Assembly (NCBI GenBank): GCA_964016885.1 | Contig: OZ024742.1 | Coordinates: forward strand, 13,268,001-13,332,000 | Source of the DNA: Eledone cirrhosa | Lineage: Eukaryota | DNA length: 64,000 nt | Direction of reading: 5' to 3' | In this document: piece by piece, positions 39,601 to 55,100 of the stretch | Layout of the letters: each line of letters opens with the position of its first letter | Numbering within the stretch: position 1 is the first letter of the stretch | Notes under the pieces: model-generated | The model's database searches: none | Seen by the model: the letters and a program-made list of their open reading frames with translations, nothing else | What the model was told of the DNA's origin: nothing | Position numbers and translations under genes: made by a program

Positions 39601-41808
39601 TGTGGTGCTGGTGTCTAGGTGTTGGTACGGTGGTGTGGTGTTGGTGTCTAGGTGTTGGTACGGTGGTGTGGTGATGGTGTCTAGGTGTTGGTACGGTGGT
39701 GTGGTGATGGTGTCTAGGTGTTGGTACGGTGGTGTGGTGATGGTGTCTAGGTGTTGGTACGGTGGTGTGGTGATGGTGTCTAGGTGTTGGTACGGTGGTG
39801 TGGTGTTGGTGTCTAGGTGTTGGTACGGTGGTGTGGTGCTGGTGTCTAGGTGATGGTACGGTGGTGTGGTGCTGGTGTCTAGGTGTTGGTACGGTGGTGT
39901 GGTGCTGGTGTCTAGGTGTTGGTACGGTGGTGTGGTGAGTGTGTGGTGATGGTGTCTAGGTGTTGGTACGGTGGTGTGGTGCTGGTGTCTAGGTGATGGT
40001 ACGGTGGTGTGGTGCTGGTGTCTAGGTGTTGGTACGGTGGTGTGGTGCTGGTGTCTAGGTGTTGGTACGGTGGTGTGGTGCTGGTGTCTAGGTGATGGTA
40101 CGGTGGTGTGGTGCTGGTGTCTAGGTGTTGGTACGGTGGTGTGGTGCTGGTGTCTAGGTGTTGGTACGGTGGTGTGGTGAGTGTGTGGTGATGGTGTCTA
40201 GGTGTTGGTACGGTGGTGTGGTGATGGTATCTAGGTGTTGGTACGGTGGTGTGGTGCTGATGTCTAGGTGTTGGTACGGTGGTGTGGTGCTGATGTCTAG
40301 GTGTTGGTACGGTGGTGTGGTGCTGGTGTCTAGGTGTTGGTACTGTGGTGTGGTGCTGGTGTCTAGGTGTTGGTACGGTGGTGTGGTGAGTGTGTGGTGA
40401 TGGTACAGTGGTGTGGTGTTGGTGTCTAGGTGTTGGTACGGTGGTGTGGTGCTGGTGTCTAGGTGATGGTACGGTGGTGTGGTGCTGGTGTCTAGGTGTT
40501 GGTACGGTGGTGTGGTGCTGGTGTCTAAGTGTTGGTACGGTGGTGTGGTGCTGGTGTCTAGGTGATGGTACGGTGGTGTGGTGCTGGTGTCTAGGTGTTG
40601 GTACGGTGGTGTGGTGAGTGTGTGGTGATGGTGTCTAGGTGTTGGTACGGTGGTGTGGTGCTGGTGTCTAGGTGTTGGTACGGTGGTGTGGTGCTGATGT
40701 CTAGGTGTTGGTACGGTGGTGTGGTGATGGTCTGTAGGTGTTGGTACGGTGGTGTGGTGCTGGTGTCTAGGTGATGGTACGGTGGTGTGGTGATGGTGTG
40801 GTGCTGGTGTCTAGGTGTTGGTACGGTGGTGTGGTGCTGGTGTCTAGGTGTTGGTACGGTGGTGTGGTGCTGGTGTCTAGGTGTTGGTACGGTGGTGTGG
40901 TGCTGGTGTCTAGGTGATAGTACGGTGGTGTGGTGCTGGTGTCTAGGTGTTGGTACGGTGGTGTGGTGATGGTATCTAGGTGTTGGTACGGTGGTGTGGT
41001 GATGGTCTCTAGGTGTTGGTACGGTGGTGTGGTGCTGGTCTCTAGGTGTTGGTACGGTGGTGTGGTGATGGTGTCTAGGTGTTGGTACGGTGGTGTGGTG
41101 ATGGTCTCTAGGTGTTGGTACGGTGGTGTGGTGCTGGTCTCTAGGTGTTGGTACGGTGGTGTGGTGATGGTGTCTAGGTGTTGGTACGGTGGTGTGGTGT
41201 TGGTGTCTAGGTGTTGGTACGGTGGTGTGGTGATGGTGTCTAGGTGTTGGTACGGTGGTGTGGTGATGGTCTCTAGGTGTTGGTACGGTGGTGTGGTGAT
41301 GGTGTCTAGGTGTTGGTACGGTGGTGTGGTGATGGTCTCTAGGTGTTGGTACGGTGGTGTGGTGCTGGTCTCTAGTTGTTGGTACGGTGGTGTGGTGTTG
41401 GTGTCTAGGTGTTGGTACGGTGGTGTGGTGATGGTGTGGTGATGGTCTCTAGGTGTTGGTACGGTGGTGTGGTGATGGTGTCTAGGTGTTGGTACGGTGG
41501 TGTGGTGTTGGTGTCTAGGTGTTGGTACGGTGGTGTGGTGATGGTGTCTAGGTGTTGGTACGGTGGTGTGGTGATGGTCTCTAGGTGTTGGTACGGTGGT
41601 GTGGTGATGGTCTCTAGGTGTTGGTACGGTGGTGTGGTGCTGGTCGCTAGGTTTTGGTATGGTGGTGTGGTGATGGTCTCTAGGTGTTGGTACGGTGGTG
41701 TGGTGATGGTCTCTAGGTGTTGGTACGGTGGTGTGGTGATGGTGTCTAGGTGTTGGTACGGTGGTGTGGTGTTGGTGTCTAGGTGTTGGTACGGTGGTGT
41801 GGTGATGA
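33627..41808. repeat. 33-bp GT-rich tandem satellite (~245 copies) GTGTCTAGGTGTTGGTACGGTGGTGTGGTG(A/C/T)TG
   Basis: Period 33 (11-codon pseudo-ORF VSRCWYGGVVM/L). Confidence 0.97.
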
Positions 41809-41810
41809 TG

Positions 41811-42196
41811 AAACAACAATAACATGTTAAAACAACTACAACAATAACATTACAACAACTACAACAATAACATTAAAACAACTACGACAATAACATTAAA
41901 ACAACTACAACAATAACATTAAAACAACTACAACAATAACATGTTAAAACAACTACAACAATAACATTAAAACAACTACAACAATAACATGTTAAAACAA
42001 CTACAACAATAACATTAAAACAACTACAACAATAACATGTTAAAACAACTACAACAATAACATTAAAACAACTACAACAATAACATGTTAAAACAACTAC
42101 AACAATAACATTAAAACAACTACAACAATAACATTAAAACAACTACAACAATAACATTAAAACAACTACAACAATAACATTAAAACAACAACAACT
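41811..42196. repeat. 23/26-bp A/C-rich minisatellite AAAACAACTACAACAATAACAT(GT)T
   Basis: Direct reading. Confidence 0.9.
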
Positions 42197-42395
42197 AGAA
42201 AAAGAAGAGATATATAGAAGTAAAAATAATTAGGAAAAGCTAAAGAAATAACATAATGCCATGATTTATTTTAGGAAATCAAATCACAGGAGATTTTCAT
42301 GATAAATGTCTCAAAATATATCTTTACATGCTTACCTGTTCAATGTTACAAAACTACTTACAGTCTATTTATCTTCATCAACTTATATTCTTTGT

Positions 42396-45300
42396 ACCAC
42401 CACCACCACTACCACCACACCACCACTACCACCACCACTACCACCACCATCATCATTACCACTACACCACAACTACCACCACCACTACCACTACCACCAC
42501 CACACCACTACGACGACGACCACCACCACCACTACCATCACCACTACCACCACCACCACTACCGCTGCCAACACCACTACCACCACCACTAACACCACCA
42601 CCAACACCACTGCTAACAACAACAACAACAATACCACCACCACCACCAACAATACCACCACCACCACCGACAATACCACCACCACCACCAACAATACCAC
42701 TACCACCACCAACAATACCCCTACCACCACCAACAACAATACCACCACCACCACCGACAATACCACCACCACCACCAACAATACCACTACCACCACCAAC
42801 AATACCCCTACCACCACCAACAACAATACCACCACCACCACCAACAATACCACCACCACCACCAACAATACCACCACCACCACCACCAACAATACCATTA
42901 CCACCACCAACAATACCACCACCAACAATACCACCACCACCAACAATACCAACCACCACCACCAACAATACCATTACCACCACCAACAATACCACTACCC
43001 ACCACCAACAATACCACCACCACCACCACCAACAATACCATTACCACCACCAACAATACGACCACCAACAATACCACCACCACCAACAATACCACCACCA
43101 CCACCAACAATACCATTACCACCACCAACAATACCACCACCACCACCAACAATACCACCACCACCACCAACAATACCACTACCACCACCAACAATATCCC
43201 TACCACCACCACCAACAATACCACCACCACCACCAACAATACCCCTACCACCACCAACAACAATACCACCACCACCAACAACAATACCACCACCACCACC
43301 AACAATACCACCACCACCACCAACAATACCCCTACCACCACCAACAACAATACCACCACCACCACCAACAATACCCCTACCACCACCAACAACAATACCA
43401 CCACCACCACCAACAACAATACCACCACCACCACCAACAATACCACCACCACCACCAACAATACCCCTACCACCACCAACAACAATACCACCACCACCAC
43501 CAACAATACCCCTACCACCACCAACAACAATACCCCTACCACCACCAACAACAATACCACCACCACCACCAACAATACCCCTACCACCACCAACAACAAT
43601 ACCACCACCACCACCAACAATACCCCTACCACCACCAACAACAATACCACTACCACCAACAACAATACCACCACCAACACCAACAACAATACCACCACCA
43701 CCACCAACAATACCCCTACCACCACCAACAACAATACCACCACCACCAACAACAATACCACCACCACCACCAACAATACCCCTACCACCACCAACAACAA
43801 TACCACCACCACCACCAACAATACCCCTACCACCACCACCAACAATACCACGACCACCAACAACAATACCACCACCACCAACAACAATACCACCACCACC
43901 ACCACCAACAATACCACCACCACCACCAACAACAATACCACCACCACCAACAACAATACCACCACCACCACCACCAACAATACCACCACCACCACCAACA
44001 ACAATACTACCACCACCAACAACAATACCACCACCACCACCAACAATACCACAACCACCACCACCAACAATACCACCACCACCACCAACAACAATACCAC
44101 CACCACCAACAACAATACCACTACCACCACCAACAATACCACCACCACCAACAACAATACCACCACCACCACCAACAACAATACCACCACCACCAACAAC
44201 AATACCAACACCACCACCAACAACAATACCAACACCACCACCAACAACAATACCACCACCACCACCAACAACAATACCACCACCACCACCAACAACAATA
44301 CCACCACCAACAACAACAATACCACCACCACCACCAACAATACCACTACTACCAACAACAATACCACCACCACCACCAACAACAATACCAACACCACCAC
44401 CAACAACAATACCAACACCACCACCAACAACAATACCAACACCACCACCAACAACAATACCAACACCACCACCAACAACAATACCAACACCACCACCACC
44501 AACAATACCACCACCACCAACAACAATACCAACACCACCACCACCAACAATACCCCTACCACCACCAACAACAATACCACCACCACGAACAACAATACCA
44601 CCACCACCACCAACAATACCAACACCAACACCAACAACAATACCACCACCAACACCAACAACAATACCACCACCAACAACAACAATACCACCACCACCAC
44701 CAACAATACCACCACCACGAACAACAATACCACCACCACCAACAACAATACCAACACCAACACCAACAACAATACCACCACCAACACCAACAACAATACC
44801 ACCACCAACAACAACAATACCACCACCACCACCAACAATACCACCACCACCAACAACAATACCACCAACACCAACAACAATACCACCAACACCAACAACA
44901 ATACCACCACCACCACCAACAATACCACCAACACCAACAACAATACCACCACCACCAACAACAATACCACCACCACCAACAACAATACCACCACCACCAC
45001 CAACAATACCACCACCACCAACAACAATACCACCACCACCAACAACAATACCACCACCACCACCACCAAAAATACCCCTACCACCACCAACAACAATACC
45101 ACCACCACCAACAACAATACCAACACCAACACCAACAACAATACCACCACCACCAACAACAATACCAACACCACCACCAACAACAATACCAACACCACCA
45201 CCAACAACAATACCACCACCACCACCAACAACAATACCACCACCACCAACAACAATACCACCACCACCACCAACAACAATACCACCACCACCAACAACAA

Positions 45301-45819
45301 TACCACCACCAACAACAACAATACCACCACCACCACCAACAACAATACCACCACCACCACCAACAATACCCCTACCACCACCAACAACAATACCACCACC
45401 ACCAACAACAATACCACCACCACCACCAACAACAATACCACCACCACCACCAACAATACCCCTACCACCACCAACAACAATACCACCACCACCAACAACA
45501 ATACCCCTACCACCACCAACAACAATACCACCACCACCAACAACAATACCACCACCACCACCACCAACAATACCACCACCACCACCAACAACAATACCAT
45601 CACCACCAACAACAATACCACCACCAACAACAACAATACCACCACCACCACCAACAATACCACTACCACCAACAACAATACCACCACCACCACCAACAAT
45701 ACCACCACCACCACCAACAACAATACCACCACCACCACCAACAATACCACCACCACCAACAACAATACCACCACCACCAACAATACCACCACCACCACCA
45801 ACAATACCACCACCACCAC
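42396..45819. repeat. (CCA)n-(CAA)n-TA compound triplet satellite running into a gap
   Basis: CAATACCACCACCACCAA units of variable length. Confidence 0.95.
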
Positions 45820-46019
45820 NNNNNNNNNNNNNNNNNNNNNNNNNNNNNNNNNNNNNNNNNNNNNNNNNNNNNNNNNNNNNNNNNNNNNNNNNNNNNNNNN
45901 NNNNNNNNNNNNNNNNNNNNNNNNNNNNNNNNNNNNNNNNNNNNNNNNNNNNNNNNNNNNNNNNNNNNNNNNNNNNNNNNNNNNNNNNNNNNNNNNNNNN
46001 NNNNNNNNNNNNNNNNNNN
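45820..46019. other. Assembly gap (200 N)
   Basis: Run of N. Confidence 1.
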
Positions 46020-46069
46020 TAACGTCTTTCCTTTTTGTTTATTTCCTCCCTTTACACTGTTTTCATATA

Positions 46070-46130
46070 TACGAGGGGGTGTAGAAATGTTCCTGCCTTT
46101 GGGTAAAAGAAAATATAGGTGGATCAGTTA
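46070..46130 (+). mobile_element. Tc1/mariner-like left terminus
   Basis: TA|TACGAGGGGGTGTAGAAATGTTCC resembles mariner TIR starts (TACGAGGG..AAAAGT); partner TIR not in window. Confidence 0.55.
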
Positions 46131-49100
46131 AAATAAAATACTGGAGGATGAGTTAAAGGGAAATACTGGAGGATCAGTTAAAGGAAAATATGGAGGATCA
46201 GTTAAAGGAAAATACTGGGGGATCAGTTAAAATAAAATACTGGAGGATCAGTTACAATAAAATACTGGAGGATCAGTTAAAGGAAAATACTGGAGGATTA
46301 GTTAAAGGAAAATACTGGAGGATCAGTTAAAGGTAAATACTGAAGGATCAGTTAATGGAAAATACTGGAGGATCAGTTAAAGGAAAATACTGGAGGATTA
46401 GTTAAAATAAAATACTGGAGGATCAGTTAAAGGAAAATACTGGAGGATCAGTTAAAGGAAAATACTTGAGGATCAGTTAAAGGAAAATACTGGAGGATCA
46501 GTTAAAATAAAATACTGGAGGATCAATTAAAGGAAAATACTGGAGGATCAGTTAAATAGAATACTGGAGGATCAGTTAAAGGAAAAAACAAAGGATCAGT
46601 TATAGGAAAATACTGGAGGATCAGTTAAAATAAAATACTGGAGGATCAGTTAAAGGCAAATACGGGAGGATCAGCTAAAGGAAAATACTTGAGGATCAGT
46701 TAAAATAAAATACTGGAGGAACAGTTAAAGTAAAATACTGGAGGATCAGTTAAAATAAAACACTGGAGGATCAGTAAAAGGAAAATACTGGAGGATCAGT
46801 TAAAATAAAATACTGGCGGATCAGTTAATGGAGAGTACTGGAAGATCAATTAAAGAAAATACTGGAGGATCAGTTAAAGTAAAATACTGGACGATCAGTT
46901 AAAATAAAATACTTGAGGATCAGTTAAAGTAAAATACTGGAGGATCAGTTAAAGAAAAATACTGGAGGATCAGTTAAATCAAATACTGGAGGATCAGTTA
47001 AAGGGAAATATTTAAGGATCAGTTAAAGAAAATACTGGAGGATTAGTTAAAATAAAATACTAGAGGATCAGTTAAATGAAAATACTGGTGGATCAATTAA
47101 AGGAAAATACTGGAGGATCAGTTAAAGGAAAATACTGGAGGATCAGTTAAAATAAAATACTGAAGGATCAATTAAAGGAAAATACTGGAGGATCAGTTAA
47201 ATAAAATACTGGAGGATCAGTTAAAGGAAAAGACAAAGGATCAGTTAAAGGAAAATACTGGAGGAACAGTTAAAGTAAAATACTGGAGGATCAGTAAAAA
47301 TAAAATACTGGAGGATCAGTTAAAGGAAAATACTGGAGGATTATTTAAAGGAAAATACTGGAGAATCAGTTAAAGGAAAATACTGAAGGATCAGTTAAAG
47401 AAAATATTGGAGGATCAGTTAAATCAAATACTGGAGGATCAGTTAAAGGGAAATACTTAAGGATAAGTTAAAGAAAATATTGGAGGATCAGTTATGTAAA
47501 ATACTGGAGGATCAGTTAAAATAAAATACTGGAGGATCAGTTAAAGGAAAATACTGGAGGATCAGTTAAAGGAAAATACTGGAGGATCAGTTAAATCAAA
47601 TACTGGAGGATCAGTTAAAGGAAAATACTGAAGGATCAGTTAAAGGAAAATACTGGAGGATCAGTTATAATAAAATACTGGAGGAATATTTAAAGTAAAA
47701 TACTTGAGGATCAGTTAAAATAAAATACTTGAGGATCAGTTAAAGTAAAATACTGGAGGATCAGTTAAAATAAAACACTGGAGGATCAGTAAAAGGAAAA
47801 TACTGGAGGATCAGTTAAAATAAAATACTGGAGGATCAGTTAAAGTAAAATACTGGAGGATCAGTTAAAATAAAATACAGGAGGATCAGTTAAAGGAAAA
47901 TACTGGAGGATCAGTTAAAGGAAAATACTGGAGGATCAGTTAAATCAAATACTGGAGGATCAGTTAAAGGGAAATATTTAAGGATCAGTTAAAGAAAATA
48001 CTGGAGGATCAGTTAAAGGAAAATACTGGAGGATTAGTTAAAATAAAATACTAGAGGATCAGTTAAATGAAAATACTGGTGGATCAATTAAAGGGAAATA
48101 CTGGAGGATCAGTTAAAGGAAAATACTGGAGGATCAGTTAAAATAAAATACTGAAGGATCAATTAAAGGAAAGTACTGGAGGATCAGTTAAATAAAATAC
48201 TGGAGGATCAGTTAAAGTAAAATACTGGAGGAACAGTTAAAGTAAAATACTGGAGGATCAGTAAAAATAAATACTGGAGGATCAGTTAAAGGAAAATACT
48301 GGAGGATTAGTTAAAGGAAAATACTGGAGAATCAGTTAAAGGAAAATACTGCAGGATCAGTTAAAGGAAAGTACTGAAGGAGCAGTTAAAGGAAAATACT
48401 GGAGGATCAGTTAAATCAAATACTGGAGGATCAGTAAAGGAAAATACTGAAGGAGCAGTTAAAGGAAAATACTGGAGGATCAGTTAAAAGAAAATACTGG
48501 AGGATTAGTTAAAATAAAATACTGGAGGATCAGTTAAAGGAAAATACTGGAGGATCAGTTATAATAAAATACTGGAGGAATATTTAAAGTAATATACTGG
48601 AGGATCAGTAAAAATAAAATACTGGAGGATCAGTTAATGGTAAATACTGGAGGATCAGTTAAAAGAAAATACTGGAGGATCAGTTACAGGAAAATACTGG
48701 AGGATCAGTTAAAGGAAAATACTGGAGGATCAGTTAAAGGAAAATTCTGGAGGATCAGTTAAAATAAAATACTGGAGGATCAATTAAAGGAACATATTGG
48801 CGGATCAGTAAAAATAAAATACTGGAGGATCAGTTAAAGGAAAATACTGGAGGATCAGTTAAAATTAAATTCTGGAGGATCAGTTAAAGGAAAATACTGA
48901 AGCATCAGTTAAAACCAAATACTGGAGGATCAGTTAAAGGAAAACAGTGGAAGATCAGTTAAAATAAAATACTGAGGATCAGTTAAAGGAAAATACTGGA
49001 GGATCAGTTAAAATAAAATACTAGAGGATCAGTTAAAGGAAAATACATCAGGATCAGTTAAAGGAAAATACTGGAGGATCAGTTAAAGGAAATGCTGGAG

Positions 49101-52100
49101 GATCAGTAAAAATAACATACTGGAGGATCAGTTAAAGGAAAATACTGGAGGATCAGATTAAACAAAATACTGGAGGATCAGTTAAAGGAAAATACTGTAG
49201 GATCAGCTAAAATTAAAATACTGGAGGATCAGTTAAAGGAAAATACAGTAAGATCAGTTAAAGGAAAATACTGGAGGATCAGTTAAATAAAATACTGGAG
49301 GATCAGTTAAAGGAAAAGACAAAGGATCAGTTAAAGGAAAATACTGGAGGATCAGTTAAAATAAAATACTGGAGGATCAGTTAAAGGCAAATACGGGAGG
49401 ATCAGTTAAAGGAAAATACTTGAGGATCAGTTAAAAAAAAATACTGGAGGATCAGTTAAAGAAAAATACTGGAGGATCAGTTAAAATAAAATACTGGAGG
49501 ATCAGTTAAAGGAAAATACTGGAGGGTCAGTTAAATGAAAATATTGGAGGATCAGTTAAATCAAATACTGGAGGATCAGTTAAAGGAAAATACTGGAGGA
49601 TTAGTTAAAGGAAAATACTGGAGGATCAGTTAAAGGAAAATACTGGAGGATCAGTTAAAGAAAATATTGGAGGATCAGTTAAAGTAAAATACTGGGGGAT
49701 CAGTTAAAATAAAATACTGGAGGATCAGTTAAAGGAAAATACTGGAGGATCAGTTAAATCAAATACAGGAGGATCAGTTAAAGGTAAATACTGAAGGATA
49801 AGTTAATGGAAAATACTGGAGGATCAGTTAAAGGAAAATACTGGAGAATTAGTTAAAATAAAATACTGGAGGATCAGTTAAAAGAAAATACTGGAGGATC
49901 AGTTAAAGGAAAATACTGGAGGATTAGTTAAAGGAAAATACTGGAGGATCAGTTAAAATAAAATACTGAAGGTTCAATTAAAGGAAAATACTGGAGGATC
50001 AGTTAAATAGAATACTGGAGGATCAGTTAAAGGAAAAGACAAAGGATCAGTTATAGGAAAATACTGGAGGATCAGTTAAAATAAAATACTGGAGGATCAG
50101 TTAAAGGCAAATACGGGAGGATCAGTTAAAGGAAAATATTGAGGATCAGTTAAAATTAAATACTGGAGGAACAGTTAAAGTAAAATACTGGAGAATCAGT
50201 TAAAATAAAACACTGGAGGATCAGTAAAAGGAAAATACTGGAGGATCAGTTAAAATAAAATACTGGCGGATCAGTTAATGGAGAGTACTGGAAGATCAAT
50301 TAAAGAAAATACTGGAGGATCAGTTAAAGTAAAATACTGGACGATCAGTTAAAATAAAATACTTGAGGATCAGTTAAAGTAAAATACTGGAGGATCAGTT
50401 AAAGAAAAATACTGGAGGATCAGTTAAATCAAATACTGGCGGATCAGTTAAAGGGAAATATTTAAGGATCAGTTAAAGAAAATATTGGAGGATCAGTTAA
50501 AGGAAAATACTGGAGGATTAGTTAAAATAAAATACTAGAGGATCAGTTAAATGAAAATACTGGTGGATCATTTAAAGGAAAATACTGGAGGATCAGTTAA
50601 AGGAAAATACTGGAGGATCAGTTAAAATAAAATACTGAAGGATCAATTAAAGGAAAATACTGGAGGATCAGTTAAATAAAATACTGGAGGATCAGTTAAA
50701 GGAAAAGACAAAGGATCAGTTAAAGGAAAATACTGGAGGAACAGTTAAAGTAAAATACTGGAGGATCAGTAAAAATAAAATACTGGAGGATCAGTTAAAG
50801 GAAAATACTGGAGGATTATCTAAAGGAAAATACTGGAGAATCAGTTAAAGGAAAATACTGAAGGATCAGTTAAAGAAAATATTGGAGGATCAGTTAAATC
50901 AAATACTGGAGGATCAGTTAAAGGGAAATACTTAAGGATAAGTTAAAGAAAATATTGGAGGATCAGTTATGTAAAATACTGGAGGATCAGTTAAAATAAA
51001 ATACTGGAGGATCAGTTAATGGAGAGTACTGGAAGATCAATTAAAGAAAATACTGGAGGATCAGTTAAAGTAAAATACTGGAGGATCAGTTAAAATAAAA
51101 TACAGGAGGATCAGTTAAAGGAAAATACTGGAGGATCAGTTAAAGGAAAATACTGAAGGAGCAGTTAAAGGAAAATACTGGAGGATCAGTTAAAAAAAAA
51201 TACTGGAGGATTAGTTAAAATAAAATACTGGAGGATCAGTTAAAGGAAAATACTGGCGGATCAGTTATAATAAAATACTGGAGGAATATTTAAAGTAATA
51301 TACTGGAGGATCAGTAAAAATAAAATACTGGAGGATCAGTTAATGGTAAATACTGGAGGATCAGTTAAAAGAAAATACTGGAGGATCAGTTACAGGAAAA
51401 TACTGGAGGATCAGTTAAAGGAAAATACTGGAGGATCAGTTAAAGGAAAATTCTGGAGGATCAGTTAAAATAAAATACTGGAGGATCAATTAAAGGAACA
51501 TATTGGCGGATCAGTAAAAATAAAATACTGGAGGATCAGTTAAAGGAAAATACTGGAGGATCAGTTAAAATTAAATACTGGAGGATCAGTTAAAGGAAAA
51601 TACTGAAGCATCAGTTAAAACCAAATACTGGAGGATCAGTTAAAGGAAAACAGTGGAGGATCAGTTAAAATAAAATACTGAGGATCAGTTAAAGGAAAAT
51701 ACTGGAGGATCAGTTAAAATAAAATACTAGAGGATCAGTTAAAGGAAAATACATCAGGATCAGTTAAAGGAAAATACTGGAGGATCAGTAAAAATAACGT
51801 ACTGGAGGATCAGTTAAAGGAAAATACTGGAGGATCAGATTAAACAAAATACTGGAGGATCAGTTAAAGGAAAATACTGTAGGATCAGCTAAAATTAAAA
51901 TACTGGAGGATCAGTTAAAGGAAAATACAGGAAGATCAGTTAAAGGAAAATACTGGAGGATCAGTTAAATAAAATACTGGAGGATCAGTTAAAGGAAAAG
52001 ACAAAGGATCAGTTAAAGGAAAATACTGGAGGATCAGTTAAAATAAAATACTGGAGGATCAGTTAAAGGCAAATACGGGAGGATCAGTTAAAGGAAAATA

Positions 52101-55100
52101 CTTGAGGATCAGTTAAAAAAAAATACTGGAGGATCAGTTAAAGAAAAATACTGGAGGATCAGTTAAATAGAATACTGGAGGATCAGTTAAAGGAAAAGAC
52201 AAAGGATCAGTTATAGGAAAATACTGGAGGATCAGTTAAAATAAAATACTGGAGGATCAGTTAAAGGCAAATACGGGAGGATCAGTTAAAGGAAAATACT
52301 TGAGGATCAGTTAAAATTAAATACTGGAGGAACAGTTAAAGTAAAATACTGGAGGATCAGTTAAAATAAAACACTGGAGGATCAGTAAAAGGAAAATACT
52401 GGAGGATCAGTTAAAATAAAATACTGGCGGATCAGTTAATGGAGAGTACTGGAAGATCAATTAAAGAAAATACTGGAGGATCAGTTAAAGTAAAATACTG
52501 GACGATCAGTTAAAATAAAATACTTGAGGATCAGCTAAAGTAAAATACTGGAGGATCAGTTAAAGAAAAATACTGGAGGATCAGTTAAATCAAATACTGG
52601 CGGATCAGTTAAAGGGAAATATTTAAGGATCAGTTAAAGAAAATATTGGAGGATCAGTTAAAGGAAAATACTGGAGGATTAGTTAAAATAAAATACTAGA
52701 GGATCAGTTAAATGAAAATACTGGTGGATCATTTAAAGGAAAATACTGGAGGATCAGTTAAAGGAAAATACTGGAGGATCAGTTAAAATAAAATACTGAA
52801 GGATCAATTAAAGGAAAATACTGGAGGATCAGTTAAATAAAATACTGGAGGATCAGTTAAAGGAAAAGACAAAGGATCAGTTAAAGGAAAATACTGGAGG
52901 AACAGTTAAAGTAAAATACTGGAGGATCAGTAAAAATAAAATACTGGAGTATCAGTTAAAGGAAAATACTGGAGGATTATTTAAAGGAAAATACTGGAGA
53001 ATCAGTTAAAGGAAAATACTAAAGGATCAGTTAAAGAAAATATTGGAGGATCAGTTAAATCAAATACTGGAGGATCAGTTAAAGGGAAATACTTAAGGAT
53101 AAGTTAAAGAAAATATTGGAGGATCAGTTATGTAAAATACTGGAGGATCAGTTAAAATAAAATACTGGAGGATCAGTTAATGGAGAGTACTGGAAGATCA
53201 ATTAAAGAAAATACTGGAGGATCAGTTAAAGTAAAATACTGGAGGATCAGTTAAAATAAAATACAGGAGGATCAGTTAAAGGAAAATACTGGAGGATCAG
53301 TTAAAGGAAAATACTGAAGGAGCAGTTAAAGGAAAATACTGGAGGATCAGTTAAAAGAAAATACTGGAGGATTAGTTAAAATAAAATACTGGAGGATCAG
53401 TTAAAGGAAAATACTGGAGGATCAGTTATAATAAAATACTGGAGGAATATTTAAAGTAATATACTGGAGGATCAGTAAAAATAAAATACTGGAGGATCAG
53501 TTAATGGTAAATACTGGAGGATCAGTTAAAAGAAAATACTGGAGGATCAGTTACAGGAAAATACTGGAGGATCAGTTAAAGGAAAATACTGGAGGATCAG
53601 TTAAAGGAAAATTCTGGAGGATCAGTTAAAATAAAATACTGGAGGATCAATTAAAGGAACATATTGGCGGATCAGTAAAAATAAAATACTGGAGGATCAG
53701 TTAAAGGAAAATACTGGAGGATCAGTTAAAATTAAATACTGGAGGATCAGTTAAAGGAAAATACTGAATCATCAGTTAAAACCAAATACTGGAGGATCAG
53801 TTAAAGGAAAACAGTGGAGGATCAGTTAAAATAAAATACTGAGGATCAGTTAAAGGAAAATACTGGAGGATCAGTTAAAATAAAATACTAGAGGATCAGT
53901 TAAAGGAAAATACATCAGGATCAGTTAAAGGAAAATACTGGAGGATCAGTAAAAATAACGTACTGGAGGATCAGTTAAAGGAAAATACTGGAGGATCAGA
54001 TTAAACAAAATACTGGAGGATCAGTTAAAGGAAAATACTGTAGGATCAGCTAAAATTAAAATACTGGAGGATCAGTTAAAGGAAAATACAGGAAGATCAG
54101 TTAAAGGAAAATACTGGAGGATCAGTTAAATAAAATACTGGAGGATCAGTTAAAGGAAAAGACAAAGGATCAGTTAAAGGAAAATACTGGAGGATCAGTT
54201 AAAATAAAATACTGGAGGATCAGTTAAAGGCAAATACGGGAGGATCAGTTAAAGGAAAATACTTGAGGATCAGTTAAAAAAAAATACTGGAGGATCAGTT
54301 AAAGAAAAATACTGGAGGATCAGTTAATATAAAATACTGGAGGATCAGTTAAATGAAAATATTGGAGGATCAGTTAAATCAAATACTGGAGGATCAGTTA
54401 AAGGAAAATACTGGAGTATTAGTTAAAGGAAAATACTGGAGGATCAGTTAAAGGAAAATACTAAAGGATCAGTTAAAGAAAATATTGGAGGATCAGTTAA
54501 AGTAAAATACTGGGGGATCAGTTAAAATAAAATACTGGAGGATCAGTTAAAGGAAAATACTGGAGGATCAATTAAATCAAATACAGGAGGATCAGTTAAA
54601 GGTAAATACTGAAGGATCAGTTAATGGAAAATACTGGAGGATCAGTTAAAGGAAAATACTGGAGAATTAGTTAAAATAAAATACTGGAGGATCAGTTAAA
54701 AGAAAATACTGGAGGTTCAGTTAAAGGAAAATACTGGAGGATCAGTTAAAGGAAAATACTGGAGGATCAGTTAAAATAAAATACTGAAGGTTCAATTAAA
54801 GGAAAATACTGGAGGATCAGTTAAATAGAATACTGGAGGATCAGTTAAAGGAAAAGACAAAGGATCAGTTATAGGAAAATACTGGAGGATCAGTTAAAAT
54901 AAAATACTGGAGGATCAGTTAAAGGCAAATACGGGAGGATCAGTTAAAGGAAAATACTTGAGGATCAGTTAAAATTAAATACTGGAGGAACAGTTAAAGT
55001 AAAATACTGGAGGATCAGTTAAAATAAAACACTGGAGGATCAGTAAAAGGAAAATACTGGAGGATCAGTTAAAATAAAATACTGGCGGATCAGTTAAAGG

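Noticed and set aside
33581-41822. Very long ORFs of (VSRCWYGGVVM/L)n resembling a Gly/Tyr/Cys structural protein
   Set aside because: A 33-bp satellite lacking stops in one frame; interrupted by stops and frameshifts, no synonymous-biased variation, no signal peptide
42306-46131. 1200-aa Pro/Thr-rich or His/Gln-rich ORFs (mucin/extensin-like)
   Set aside because: Triplet repeat open in several frames on both strands and running through an N gap
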